A stretch of DNA of 64,000 bases from a virus: positions 1-64,000 of the IMG/VR virus record IMGVR_UViG_3300022602_002120, one strand, 5' to 3'. Shown in pieces: positions 8,825 through 18,902 of this stretch. Position numbers and translations under genes: made by a program. Each line of letters opens with the position of its first letter. Position 1 is the first letter of the stretch. The notes beneath the pieces were generated by a model that had not been told where the DNA came from, did no database searches, and worked only from the letters and a program-made list of their open reading frames with translations.

Positions 8825-9847
8825 TTAGTTTGTCTTTTGACGATTGCGAATCATTGCAAGGATATCTTCGGCACGTTGAGCGCCACCCGCTGGTGTTGCT
8901 ACTGGTGCTGTTGGAGCACTTGCTACAGCTTCTGATTCAACTGAACGATCAGCTTCAAATGGTAAATCTTCATCTTCTGCTACAGGTGAAGCTACAGGTG
9001 CTGGAGTTGCTACAGCTTGTGGTGCTGGAGCAGCTTGTACCGTACCTGCTGGTGCGCTAACACCGCGTGGACGATAGTACGCACCCCAACGATCTGTATC
9101 GTATGCTTGACCATCTACTGATGCTTCAAACATTTCTTTGATAACTTTCAATTCAACATCGCTTGGTTTCTTAGGTAAGAAATCAGCCAGGTTATACAGG
9201 CCATTTTTCTCAATAGCTTCCGCTTCGTCTGAGTTTAGCGCACTTTCTTTACGCGACCATTTGCTTGTTGAATAGTCGGCATAACCACCTTTACTTGTCT
9301 TAGTAACAGTAAAGTCTAAACCACCTTGGTAGTCTGTTGGTAAGTTTTCTAACTCTGGATCAAGCAAGGCTGCTTTAACTAAGTTAAAAATTTGTGGGCT
9401 GATGATGAAACGTCGAATTGGGTTTTCAGATTTATCATCTGCTAACGGATTTTCACGAACAAACCCTTGGAACAAGTATGATTTCTTCTTCCAATATTTA
9501 CGACCCATTTCTTCTAGACTTGGATCTTTAAACCATGTACGTACTTCTGCTAGTACTGGACATGCTTCGCCATACATTTCTACGCATGGTACTTGTACTG
9601 TAACTGGTTTACTATCTGGTTGACCTTTAACGCCCGCAAAGGTCAAATTAATCATCAAACGTTCTTTCCAAAAGAAATCGTTCTTTTGATCTGCGTCTGG
9701 TAAAAATCTAATTCTTGACGAAGTGCCTTCTGGAATATTCCAGTGAGCGTAGATAGCGTTGTCTCCACCGCCTTGTTGGTTACCGCCTTGACCGCGGGTT
9801 TCTTGTGCTTGTAATTTTGCACGAATTTCTGCTAATGATGTTGCCAT
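8825..9847 (-). CDS. gp32: Single-stranded DNA-binding protein gp32
   Basis: IRFLPD, CPVLAEVRTWFK, KYWKKKSYLFQGFV, YADYSTSKW and an acidic C-terminal region. Confidence 0.93.
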   Translation of the reverse strand: MATSLAEIRAKLQAQETRGQGGNQQGGGDNAIYAHWNIPEGTSSRIRFLPDADQKNDFFWKERLMINLTFAGVKGQPDSKPVTVQVPCVEMYGEACPVLAEVRTWFKDPSLEEMGRKYWKKKSYLFQGFVRENPLADDKSENPIRRFIISPQIFNLVKAALLDPELENLPTDYQGGLDFTVTKTSKGGYADYSTSKWSRKESALNSDEAEAIEKNGLYNLADFLPKKPSDVELKVIKEMFEASVDGQAYDTDRWGAYYRPRGVSAPAGTVQAAPAPQAVATPAPVASPVAEDEDLPFEADRSVESEAVASAPTAPVATPAGGAQRAEDILAMIRNRQKTN

Positions 9848-9907
9848 AATGTTTTTCCTTTAATTTAAGTTGGTCTTTAAAATGCCTATAACGTAAGCAT
9901 GTAATAT

Positions 9908-9936
9908 ACTATACGTTATAATTATTTATCTTACAA
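9908..9936 (-). promoter_or_regulatory. Sigma70-type promoter (TTGTAA-17-TATAGT) overlapping a late TAAATA promoter, upstream of gp32
   Basis: -35 at 9931-9936, -10 at 9908-9913, TAAATA at 9923-9928. Confidence 0.65.
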
Positions 9937-9966
9937 GAGCTATTTTTAAATATTTTTAACCAAAAT

Positions 9967-9990
9967 AAAAGGCACCCTTGAGTGCCTTTT
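9967..9990. terminator. Bidirectional intrinsic terminator
   Basis: AAAAGGCAC-CCTTGA-GTGCCTTTT. Confidence 0.85.
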
Positions 9991-10012
9991 TAATTGATTT
10001 ATTATTGTTATT

Positions 10013-12376
10013 TTACTTTAGACCTGCTAGTTTACGCATTTCTGTTAGTACGTTTGTTTTTGATTGTACGCTTTCATATACACTATCGTCCTTGCCTTGA
10101 ACCCATGCTTTAGCGCCTTTTAATGTTCTAAGAACTTTCTCTTTTGTACTTTGTTCAGGTTCTCTTGGTTTTGCGCCTACGTTTTTCATTTTTTGATAAT
10201 GTGCATATTTGTCTTTGGCCATATAGTCATCGCCCACTGCTTCTTCCATGCTGTAGTCGTCGTTATATTGATCTTCGCCTAGAGTTGCTTTGACTTCTTC
10301 TTTAGTTTTGCCATATTTTTCGTAGAACTCTGTATCTGTTAATTGTTTTAAGTCAATGTCAAGATCTTTCATACGGCCTTCATCTACAGCATCATCACAG
10401 TGGCAATCTGAGCTTTCACATTTATCACAATATGCTTTGTGTGCATGTGTTAGCGGGCTAGATGAATCGCCCGGTGACATAGCTTCTAATGCTTCATTAA
10501 ATGCACGACTGTAGGTAGTATCTTGGTCAGCATTTTTTGCTAGCCAATCATAATGTTTTCTAAGTGCAGCCTTTTTACTTGGAGTTTCTTTTTTATAGAA
10601 TTTCGGATCCATAGAGCCTTCATCTACTTCACGTTCAATACCAGCATCACGGGCTAGTTGTTCTACCCAACCACTAACATCGCTAGAGCCAATTTCATGT
10701 ACAGGGCCAGCAAATTCAGCAATGTCTACTGCGGCATTTACAATACCTTCTGGGCCTAGTTTTCTTAATAATGCTAGCATTCTTTCATTGCCTTGGCTAC
10801 AACCAGTAAGAATTCTGCGTACAATAGCATTTGCAATAGCATCTATGCTATTATCATCTTCGTCTTCGTCTTCATATACCGCACCATCGGCACCATATTC
10901 ATCACCCTCTGTCATATCATGTGACTTGCCTTCTACCATGTCGCGTAGTTCTTCATTTGAAAGATGTTGTGCTTCTAAGGTGTCTAAATTTAAATAATCT
11001 AATAACTCACTTCTGGTCATTTTTTCAGTTGGTGCATCACCTGTGCCCGATTCTTCTAATTCGCCAGTGTCGCCTATTTCGTTTGTAAGTTCTTGATAAA
11101 CAGCAGGAACATTATTATGCAACCAACTAACAACTAGTTCGCGTGCATCAGCTTCTGGGTCTTGCTGTGCAGCATGTAACAATATTTCTTCTAACTCATT
11201 GCTATTAATAATATCACTAATTACATTAATAGCGTTAATTGCATCTACACCCAATGGAATTGGTTCAGCAAATGCGTCAGCTAAGTCATCAATGTTAATA
11301 GGCTCTATGCCCCATTGCTTAACTCCCTCTTCGTCTTCGTCCCAGCTTTCTGCTACTTTATTAGCCCAGCTCTCAAAACTTTCAGCAAATTTATTGGTTT
11401 TCTTCATATTGTAAGCCTTATATACTATAGGTAACGCATCACTCATACGTTCGTTGAATGTACGTTTAACAAATCTTTCTTTGAGAGCTTCAGCATCAAA
11501 ATCCTCTTCTGGGATAAAACTTGTGCTAGTTGCTACAAATTCTTCTTTACACTGTTGGTAGCCTTTACGACCACTCATTTTACCTAAGGTGTTTTTTAGT
11601 AAACTATGATATTCAAATGCAGCTTCTACCATACGTTGTGTTTCTTCATCTTCAAAAACACGGCGTACCATAGCAGCTTTAAATGGACGTAGTTTATTGC
11701 TTTCTTCAGCGATCTTAGTAATGTGTTGACCAAAATCATCATCGATACTACCACCTTCACTACAATGACGAGCCATAGCACGTGCATATCTTAGACTATT
11801 AATAGGTAATTTACGGCGTTCACCTTCTGAATTTTCTAAGTACATAGCACGGATTTTACGGCTACGAGCACCACGTTGTTCTGGATCTACATTATCACTA
11901 TGACGAATGATGATCTTTACAGGACCGTCATTTTCATAGCTTGAACGACTAGTGCCGTAGAGTCTGCTTTCGCTAACTACGTCATCTTTGTCATAGGTAT
12001 CATCTGCTTTTGAAATTTGTTTAAGGTCACGGTGTTTAAGTGTTGATCGTGTAATATCACGTGGTTCAAAACTTAATAGGTTACGTTTAGCAAATTCACG
12101 TAGTTCTTTTAAGAAATTGTACCATTCTTTACGTTGTTCGTCGTCTAGATCATGGCTAATGTTCTTACTAAAGTATACCTTTAGGCTAGTTTCATCGATG
12201 ATGCTAAGTGTAATGTTGCCATAGTTCTTACCATCAACTGTGTAATCAAAGTTAAAAAAGCGTGCTTCTTCTGGGTTTTGTGTAGCGTGAGCGTTATCAT
12301 CGCCCAAGCTAACATCTTCAAAGCGGTCACGGACTTTTTCAAATAGACCTTCTGCAATTTTGTTAATTTCTCTCAT
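10013..12376 (-). CDS. Large hypothetical late protein (787 aa), likely head/prohead-associated
   Basis: Late promoter at 12382-12387; acidic modular C-terminal half; ends MRKLAGLK like the scaffold. Confidence 0.65.
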   Translation of the reverse strand: MREINKIAEGLFEKVRDRFEDVSLGDDNAHATQNPEEARFFNFDYTVDGKNYGNITLSIIDETSLKVYFSKNISHDLDDEQRKEWYNFLKELREFAKRNLLSFEPRDITRSTLKHRDLKQISKADDTYDKDDVVSESRLYGTSRSSYENDGPVKIIIRHSDNVDPEQRGARSRKIRAMYLENSEGERRKLPINSLRYARAMARHCSEGGSIDDDFGQHITKIAEESNKLRPFKAAMVRRVFEDEETQRMVEAAFEYHSLLKNTLGKMSGRKGYQQCKEEFVATSTSFIPEEDFDAEALKERFVKRTFNERMSDALPIVYKAYNMKKTNKFAESFESWANKVAESWDEDEEGVKQWGIEPINIDDLADAFAEPIPLGVDAINAINVISDIINSNELEEILLHAAQQDPEADARELVVSWLHNNVPAVYQELTNEIGDTGELEESGTGDAPTEKMTRSELLDYLNLDTLEAQHLSNEELRDMVEGKSHDMTEGDEYGADGAVYEDEDEDDNSIDAIANAIVRRILTGCSQGNERMLALLRKLGPEGIVNAAVDIAEFAGPVHEIGSSDVSGWVEQLARDAGIEREVDEGSMDPKFYKKETPSKKAALRKHYDWLAKNADQDTTYSRAFNEALEAMSPGDSSSPLTHAHKAYCDKCESSDCHCDDAVDEGRMKDLDIDLKQLTDTEFYEKYGKTKEEVKATLGEDQYNDDYSMEEAVGDDYMAKDKYAHYQKMKNVGAKPREPEQSTKEKVLRTLKGAKAWVQGKDDSVYESVQSKTNVLTEMRKLAGLK

Positions 12377-12388
12377 AACAATATTTAT

Positions 12389-13957
12389 CTAGAATATAAA
12401 GAATGGCATTGGCTCAACTATGTCTTCTAAGCTATCTTTCATAGTAAAGTCAATTTGACTGTCAAAACTCTGCAATAACATAGCCATACGCACTACTAAT
12501 ATAAGTGCCATTACTAGGTCGTCTGTTTCACCTGGTTTTGCCGCAAAGCTAGGACCGTTAGCTACAAATGTTTTAAGTTCTGAAATTAAAGGTTTACTTA
12601 CAATAGTCATGCGCTTGGTTTCAATTAAGTTCTTTAATTTAGCACAGGCTGATATTTTAGTTGCATTAGTAGTGTTAAATCCTTTACGATATCTACGCCC
12701 AGAACCTGCACGCTTAGGTTCGCTTAGGAATACACCTTTAAGGTTTTCTTCACCAATTTCGTTAATAGATATCAATGCCGCTTCACCTATGGTATTATTT
12801 TCTACACTGTAATAGATATTATTCTGATTAACTGTTTCGTTTAAATAACGTAGAATTTCAGCCAGAATACCAACTTGTTGTTGTACTGGTGTACGATTAT
12901 GTTGCCACTCGCCTATTTGTCTAAAACTAGGTAACTCAAATATCTGTATAGCCGCCGGGTCACCACCTGTGCCTAGGCTAGGGTCATGTGCTACTATATA
13001 AGTGTATTGTGGTTCTGGCTTCTTATACCAACGTACTTGCCCTTGTCGTTCTATAGGATCTAGACCAGCCATTTCAACTAGATGTCCCGGATTAATTAAG
13101 GTTTCATCCCAGATAATAAATTCACAGTCCATTTCTCGGCGGAAACGCTCGTCACCTAACTGCGCACGTTGTTGATCAGCCCACTTGTCATCGCGGTCTG
13201 GGTGTTCTTTCCAAAAGCTTCTAAACGCTTTGAATCCATTAACCCCCACTTCTGTTGGATTGCCAAACTCATCAAAGCACTTATTCGCCCCTTTCCATAG
13301 GGTAGCAAATTGGTCTTCATCGCTGTTAGGCGTTGAAGTGATAATACACTTACCACCAGTTGCTAGTGTGGGACTAATCGAAGTCCAGAATTCTCGTCCT
13401 ATAGTAGGGCGAACAAAGGCAAATTCATCGCAATATAGTAGTGATATAGACATACCACGACCTGTGTTTTCAGTAGTTGTAGCTGAAACTATACGACTAC
13501 CGTTGTCAAAATCAATACTACCTTTGTTGTAACTCACAGCACCAGCACGTATAAAGTCCGGTACGCTTTCATAGGCGTAACGAATACGCTGCATAATTTC
13601 TTGTGAGCCTGTAAATTTATGTGCGGCAATTAGGATAGTACTATCTGGTACAAACATTGCATACCATAACAAGTAACCTGCGGCACTTGTTGACTTACCT
13701 GTTTGTCGGGGCATTAGCGAGATGCTATAGCGATAGTTATGATATGTATTGATTAAGCGTTTCTGGTAGTCGAATGGCTCGTACAGCATACGTCCTTTAG
13801 TAGGATGTTGTATGTAGAAGTAGTTACTCATAAAGTATTCAGGGCCTGTTACAGGATCTGAACATTTTACAAACTCTTGTAGTTGTTCGTGCGAAAAAGC
13901 CGTTGCTTGATGCGGCTTTTTAACTAGAACATTATCTGTACCTTTGCCTGTTGCCAT
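12389..13957 (-). CDS. gp17: Terminase large subunit gp17
   Basis: MPRQTGKS (Walker A), LLYCDEFAF (Walker B), IITSTPN, AHDPSLG and DDLVMA nuclease motifs. Confidence 0.97.
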   Translation of the reverse strand: MATGKGTDNVLVKKPHQATAFSHEQLQEFVKCSDPVTGPEYFMSNYFYIQHPTKGRMLYEPFDYQKRLINTYHNYRYSISLMPRQTGKSTSAAGYLLWYAMFVPDSTILIAAHKFTGSQEIMQRIRYAYESVPDFIRAGAVSYNKGSIDFDNGSRIVSATTTENTGRGMSISLLYCDEFAFVRPTIGREFWTSISPTLATGGKCIITSTPNSDEDQFATLWKGANKCFDEFGNPTEVGVNGFKAFRSFWKEHPDRDDKWADQQRAQLGDERFRREMDCEFIIWDETLINPGHLVEMAGLDPIERQGQVRWYKKPEPQYTYIVAHDPSLGTGGDPAAIQIFELPSFRQIGEWQHNRTPVQQQVGILAEILRYLNETVNQNNIYYSVENNTIGEAALISINEIGEENLKGVFLSEPKRAGSGRRYRKGFNTTNATKISACAKLKNLIETKRMTIVSKPLISELKTFVANGPSFAAKPGETDDLVMALILVVRMAMLLQSFDSQIDFTMKDSLEDIVEPMPFFIF

Positions 13958-13989
13958 ATACTTACTTATCCTGGCAGGACGTTAGACTG

Positions 13990-14298
13990 TTAAAACGGCT
14001 TTTCGCCTGTGAGATATGGTTTTGCGAACCATAAGCGGAACCACTCTGGTGTACCTGGTTGAATATTATTGTTATTTTGATAGTTAATCTTTTCTACCGC
14101 TGTAATACTCGGGTTACTACCTTCTAACCTAGTAGGGCTACCATACCCCTTATACTCAGCTAACTTACCAGCATTTCCTTCCATTCCTGCTAGGCGTCTT
14201 AGATCCACTATAGGATCATTAGCATCTAGTACAGCTTCTGGGATAAGGTCTTCTGTACTATAGAAGTCGCTAGAAGTTAGTTTGATATGATCAGCCAT
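13990..14298 (-). CDS. Hypothetical protein (102 aa)
   Basis: In-operon ORF containing LRRLAGM. Confidence 0.75.
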   Translation of the reverse strand: MADHIKLTSSDFYSTEDLIPEAVLDANDPIVDLRRLAGMEGNAGKLAEYKGYGSPTRLEGSNPSITAVEKINYQNNNNIQPGTPEWFRLWFAKPYLTGEKPF

Positions 14299-14723
14299 TA
14301 TTTAACACCTGCATTTTTCTTAAGAGCTTCTAGCTCTGGATGTGCGCCTGAATTATGCGGCACAGCACTAACCTTGCCAACATCGTCAGTTTCTTCGCTT
14401 TTATTTTTGCTCAGTTGATTAATTGGGCCAGCATCTGTCATTTCTGCTGCATCTTTAATCATATCAAATTCTTCATCGCTGAATGTCAGCAATAATGGAT
14501 CTCCAGCAAACGCACCGTTGCGTTCCATTTTACCACCTTTCTTACCATCAGCTACAGCCAGAGCGATTCCAAATCGATATTGTTTATACATACTGCCATC
14601 ACTTTTATTCATACTAATATCAGGCATACTAACTGGGCCTTTCATAGTAGCAGCATGATCGTGCTCTAATTTTTTAGGATCTGCACCTTCGTTGCCTTCT
14701 GTGATGATTTCATTAATTTTCAT
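14298..14723 (-). CDS. Hypothetical protein, possible internal head protein
   Basis: N-terminus MKINEIITE resembles the T4 capsid-targeting sequence. Confidence 0.6.
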   Translation of the reverse strand: MKINEIITEGNEGADPKKLEHDHAATMKGPVSMPDISMNKSDGSMYKQYRFGIALAVADGKKGGKMERNGAFAGDPLLLTFSDEEFDMIKDAAEMTDAGPINQLSKNKSEETDDVGKVSAVPHNSGAHPELEALKKNAGVK

Positions 14724-14815
14724 ATTATAACTTCTTAAGAATGTATTTTATACTTTTAACTACAGCTACGCATAGACAAATAAATGTATATTCTATGCGT
14801 AACTTTAAGCTCATA

Positions 14816-17275
14816 TTACTTTTTTACATCTTCGATCATGCTTTCGTATGATTTCCAAAGAGCTTCTTCTTTAACAGCCATTGGATTATCACCTCGATAT
14901 GGTTTGTCAGCATATGAACGTTTAGCGCGGTTTAAGTCAGTACCACTTGGAAATGCTACTTCTGGCTCACCTACTTCTTCACGTGGTGTATTTAAGTATT
15001 CAATATCGCGTTCTTTTTCTTCATCTAACTCTTCTTCCGGTAATTCAACTGTTGGTTCATCATCTACTTCTGCCATACCAGCTAGTTTACGCATTAAGTT
15101 CAATGCATCATCTTCTAATGTAGCTGATACAGTAATAGTAGCATCTTCTTTTACTGTGTAACGTTTACCGTCTACTTCGAACTCTTTAGCACCCGCAGCT
15201 TTAGCTCTAGCTAATGCGCCTGAGAATTCATTGCCTTCTTCCATTTCCTCTTCACGCACCGGGTTTAGCTTGCTCTTGTCATAGCTAACGCCTGGTTTTG
15301 CTGTTGGTGCAGCTGGTGTTGCTGTAGGGGCTTTTGGCATAGATTGGAACTGTTCACGCTCATCTAACTCACATGAACATGGGCTCATTTCACACACTGG
15401 ACATGCTGTAGTTTCGTGAGTCAATCCAGCTAGTTTAGCAATCTCATCCAACTCTTGCATACTGCCTCCTAGTTGACTATTAATAGGTGCACCACACTCT
15501 GCTATATCTTTACAGAAATGGCCATATGATGATGCTACGTCTTGAATAAAGTCTTCATCAGCTAATAATGTATTACGGGCAGAACGAGGTGTCATACCTT
15601 GTGCTACCATTTCATCATATACAGCTTGACGGAATTCGCTAGTAGCTGAATTTAAATGTGGATTTTCTTGTGCTAATGCTTTAGCCACTGTTTCATAAAA
15701 GTATTCTGTATTTTCTGCGATACGGCTTTCTTTTAATTTAACTTTAGATAAGTTTGGAGTAGAGTTTTTAACAGTGTCTTTAAATTCAACACCTTCTTCT
15801 ACTTGGCCTTTGTTGTGTGCTTTCCATGCTGTAGCGTAAGCAATACCTTTTTCTTTCTTAGTTAGTTTGCCGTCTTTACTATAACCTTGTTTAATATGTT
15901 TAACCATACGTTCAGCTTTAGCGCCTGGAGGTGCTTTTTCGTAAACATCAACTACTGGTTTACCTTTAGGATCCATCTTTGCTCCACGACCGGCTGGTTT
16001 ACCTTTGCCTGCTTCGCCGCGACCTGCGATATGACGACTAGCTGTTGAGATTGGGTTCTTAGCACTGCCTGAAGGTAATTGTTTAACTGTTCCGCCTTTA
16101 GCTTTGAAGTCACCCAATGCTTGATTGTATTCTTCTTGGCTGTATTCATCTAACTCTTCACTGTGACGTAGTTTGTTTAATACAGCGCCAGCAACACGTT
16201 CACCTGCGGCTTTTGAACCGTAACGTTCAGCAGCACCTTTAGCAATCTTACTAAAGTTTTTGCCTGGTTTGCCAATGTCTTTACCAGCACGTGCGGCTTT
16301 AGCTGAATAGCTAGCTTCACTAACACCGTGTTCACGTTTCTTCATAGCTTCAATAAAGTCTGCTAGTTTTTTACCTGGATTTTTTGCCATCCATTTGTCG
16401 TAGTTAGCTTTGAACTTAGGATGTTTAGGATTGTATAGTTCGTAAGGGCCACCACTTTCGTTTACATCTTTTTCTGGGTTATGGCCAACTTGTCCCGGAG
16501 CACCACCGTAGATTGTACCAGCAGCCATTAGTAATGGAGCCGCAATCATACCTAAATATGGACTACCAGCAGCGTATGCGCCAACCGTAGTACCTAGTAG
16601 GCCTGCTGTGTAAAGAGCCTGTACAATTTTGCCACCTAGTGTAGGAGCAATGCCTTCTTCAACTTGACCTTGTTCAGCTTGTTGAATAAGTTGTGGAGTA
16701 ATACCTAATGCTTTTGCTAGGGCCGCAGGATTGTTACCAACTTGTTTAACTGTAGCAGCTAGTTGTTGTTCTTCTTCTGGGCTTAGTGCTTGCAAGATAG
16801 CCTGTGCGCCTTTTTGTGCTTTAGGATCAGCACTTTCTTTAACTGCTTTTTTATCTTTAACAGCTTTCTTAAATGTTTCTTTCTTATTGCCGTCACCGTC
16901 AACATCTAAGAAGTCTGGTTTAGCAGCCTCATCTAGGTCATCTTTTTCTTCAGCATCTTTCTGTGCTGAACCACCGTAGGCTTTACCTTTAACAAAACGG
17001 CTAGCTGACTTAGGCTTTTCTACTTCTTTGTCTTTGATCTTACCTTTAGCGGCAGCTTTTTCACGAGCAGCTTCAATTTTATCTTCAATACCTTCTTTGA
17101 AAGTAGCGAATTTTTCACCCAAACTCTTAACAGCTTCACTAATACTACCGCGTGGTTCTACAGTTTCATAAACTGTTGGTTGTTTAACGCTTTCGTTTAG
17201 CTGAGTTGCTTCTTTTGCGTTATCATTTAGGCCTTTCATTATGCCTAAAATATTATACATTCTCATATCGCTCAT
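14816..17275 (-). CDS. Large modular, highly charged protein (819 aa), probable internal head/prohead protein
   Basis: Lys-rich modules separated by (L/V/I)xE(S/A/G) sites; two LAG(L/M) motifs. Confidence 0.6.
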   Translation of the reverse strand: MSDMRMYNILGIMKGLNDNAKEATQLNESVKQPTVYETVEPRGSISEAVKSLGEKFATFKEGIEDKIEAAREKAAAKGKIKDKEVEKPKSASRFVKGKAYGGSAQKDAEEKDDLDEAAKPDFLDVDGDGNKKETFKKAVKDKKAVKESADPKAQKGAQAILQALSPEEEQQLAATVKQVGNNPAALAKALGITPQLIQQAEQGQVEEGIAPTLGGKIVQALYTAGLLGTTVGAYAAGSPYLGMIAAPLLMAAGTIYGGAPGQVGHNPEKDVNESGGPYELYNPKHPKFKANYDKWMAKNPGKKLADFIEAMKKREHGVSEASYSAKAARAGKDIGKPGKNFSKIAKGAAERYGSKAAGERVAGAVLNKLRHSEELDEYSQEEYNQALGDFKAKGGTVKQLPSGSAKNPISTASRHIAGRGEAGKGKPAGRGAKMDPKGKPVVDVYEKAPPGAKAERMVKHIKQGYSKDGKLTKKEKGIAYATAWKAHNKGQVEEGVEFKDTVKNSTPNLSKVKLKESRIAENTEYFYETVAKALAQENPHLNSATSEFRQAVYDEMVAQGMTPRSARNTLLADEDFIQDVASSYGHFCKDIAECGAPINSQLGGSMQELDEIAKLAGLTHETTACPVCEMSPCSCELDEREQFQSMPKAPTATPAAPTAKPGVSYDKSKLNPVREEEMEEGNEFSGALARAKAAGAKEFEVDGKRYTVKEDATITVSATLEDDALNLMRKLAGMAEVDDEPTVELPEEELDEEKERDIEYLNTPREEVGEPEVAFPSGTDLNRAKRSYADKPYRGDNPMAVKEEALWKSYESMIEDVKK

Positions 17276-17279
17276 TTTC

Positions 17280-17951
17280 TTATCCTTTTACTGGGCTTGG
17301 GATTTTATTTTGTTTGCTACCAATAGGGTCTACTTTGCCTTGTGGAATACTATTAGTTGTTTTAGCATATGATGGATCTTTTTCACCACCAATTGTTTTA
17401 TCATTACCTGCAATTTCAAATTTAGCTGGTTTATTTAATTCTTTAAGAATTGTACCTGCTTCACTGTAGAACTTGCTAGCGGCTTTTTGATCTTCATTTG
17501 CTTCTGGATATGGTTTAACTAACTCTGCATCACCTTCAACAAATTCTTTGATTTCGCTTTGTCCATCTACATTCCAGCGCCATATTTCTTCAGGATGATT
17601 TTTAGGAATTACTCTAACTTGAGCCAGTGGACATCCTAGACGTTCGCTAACAATTTCACGCAATTGTACATCGTTAACTGGATATTTAAGACTAGCATCC
17701 ATTAAGAAAATTTCACAGTTTTTTATGCTTGGAAAATCAATGTCATCTTCTTTAATAGGTAAACGTTTAATAGCACCAATGCTTTCTACATCAAAGCCAG
17801 CTAGACCTACTTTTAATCCCTCTATCTTTTCTGCTGGATCGCAATTAGCTACTTTGATACGGAATTCGTAGATTTTTTGTGATTCACTAAGGTAGTTTAA
17901 AAAATTCTTCATATTATAAGATCCATATATAGTGTTATTTATCAAAAACAC
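17280..17951 (-). CDS. Hypothetical late protein
   Basis: Late promoter at 17936-17941; likely true start MKNFLNYLSES. Confidence 0.7.
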   Translation of the reverse strand: MFLINNTIYGSYNMKNFLNYLSESQKIYEFRIKVANCDPAEKIEGLKVGLAGFDVESIGAIKRLPIKEDDIDFPSIKNCEIFLMDASLKYPVNDVQLREIVSERLGCPLAQVRVIPKNHPEEIWRWNVDGQSEIKEFVEGDAELVKPYPEANEDQKAASKFYSEAGTILKELNKPAKFEIAGNDKTIGGEKDPSYAKTTNSIPQGKVDPIGSKQNKIPSPVKG

Positions 17952-18448
17952 TAGGTTTTCGTGTTAAGTATTTGCTTAAGTAATTCGTTACGGTCTAATA
18001 CCACACCTTGGCCATCTTCAGCGTCAATGATCTTATCACCGTCTGATTTCTTATTAGCCTGTTCAATTTGCATGTCTAAGCGTGCTTTTTTAAGTTGTAG
18101 GTCTACCATACGTAGTTTTTTATCTAACTTAGCTTGTTTAGCTGTAATGGCATGTCCTAATAATGTACCTGCTGTGGCTAAAATATGCCCGCTAAAGCGT
18201 GCTTCAACGTTCATACCTAGGTCTATCAGGTCTTGAAATTTGTCTTTGGCTAGATCAGCAAGCTCATCTAGCTCTTTATCGCTAGTGTCTAAGTCTGCTA
18301 CAAATGGTAATGCTGCATCAATCTTATCAATGGCTAAGTCGGTTTCTTCTATTAGCGCACGATTTTCTTCAATGGTATGTTCTGCAGCGTCTGTAGTTAC
18401 ATCATCTGCAGGTGGTAAATTAAATAATTCTGATAGTTTTTGTGTCAT
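17951..18448 (-). CDS. Probable terminase small subunit (gp16-like)
   Basis: Helical, acidic, 165 aa; late promoter at 18456-18461; near the large terminase; resemblance only. Confidence 0.5.
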   Translation of the reverse strand: MTQKLSELFNLPPADDVTTDAAEHTIEENRALIEETDLAIDKIDAALPFVADLDTSDKELDELADLAKDKFQDLIDLGMNVEARFSGHILATAGTLLGHAITAKQAKLDKKLRMVDLQLKKARLDMQIEQANKKSDGDKIIDAEDGQGVVLDRNELLKQILNTKT

Positions 18449-18470
18449 AGTATTGTATTTAATACTATTT

Positions 18471-18902
18471 TTATCGTTTGAGATTTTTAAAGATATCGTG
18501 TTCTGTTACTACACGGAAACGCATATTATTAGCCTTACACCAAGCATCTGCTGCAGCCCACTTGGCCATGTTAATTGCTACACTGTATTTGTCTTTAAGT
18601 GTCTTAGCACTTTCCATAGTGGTTTGTGTTAACGGTTTGATTTCAACAACTTCTACATGTTGTCTTTTGTTAGCGTCTTGATATACTATGACAAAATCGG
18701 GAACATAGATAGTCTGTTTACCTAGTACAGGATTAAAATATGGAATTTGTATGCTTTCACTGGCCCACTGTGTAACCGCTGGGTTATTGTCACAAAAATT
18801 CATAAATGCAAATTCCCAGCTACTACGATATGTAGGTACTCTTTTACCTATATATTTTTCTGCATTTTTAATTGTAAATTTACCGTTAGCGTATTTGGCC
18901 AT
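18471..18902 (-). CDS. gp4: Head completion nuclease gp4 (TnsA-N-like PD-(D/E)xK)
   Basis: GKF..KN.EKY.G, YRSSWE, WASE...IPY, YVPDF, VEIKP. Confidence 0.92.
   Translation of the reverse strand: MAKYANGKFTIKNAEKYIGKRVPTYRSSWEFAFMNFCDNNPAVTQWASESIQIPYFNPVLGKQTIYVPDFVIVYQDANKRQHVEVVEIKPLTQTTMESAKTLKDKYSVAINMAKWAAADAWCKANNMRFRVVTEHDIFKNLKR

Noticed and set aside
12389-13957. Intein or intron in terminase, portal, UvsX or gp46
   Set aside because: Lengths and motif spacing are normal, with no intein or LAGLIDADG signatures.
14767-14801. 10-bp inverted repeat after the 819-aa gene
   Set aside because: It has a 15-nt loop and no U tract; probably a weak terminator or processing stem.
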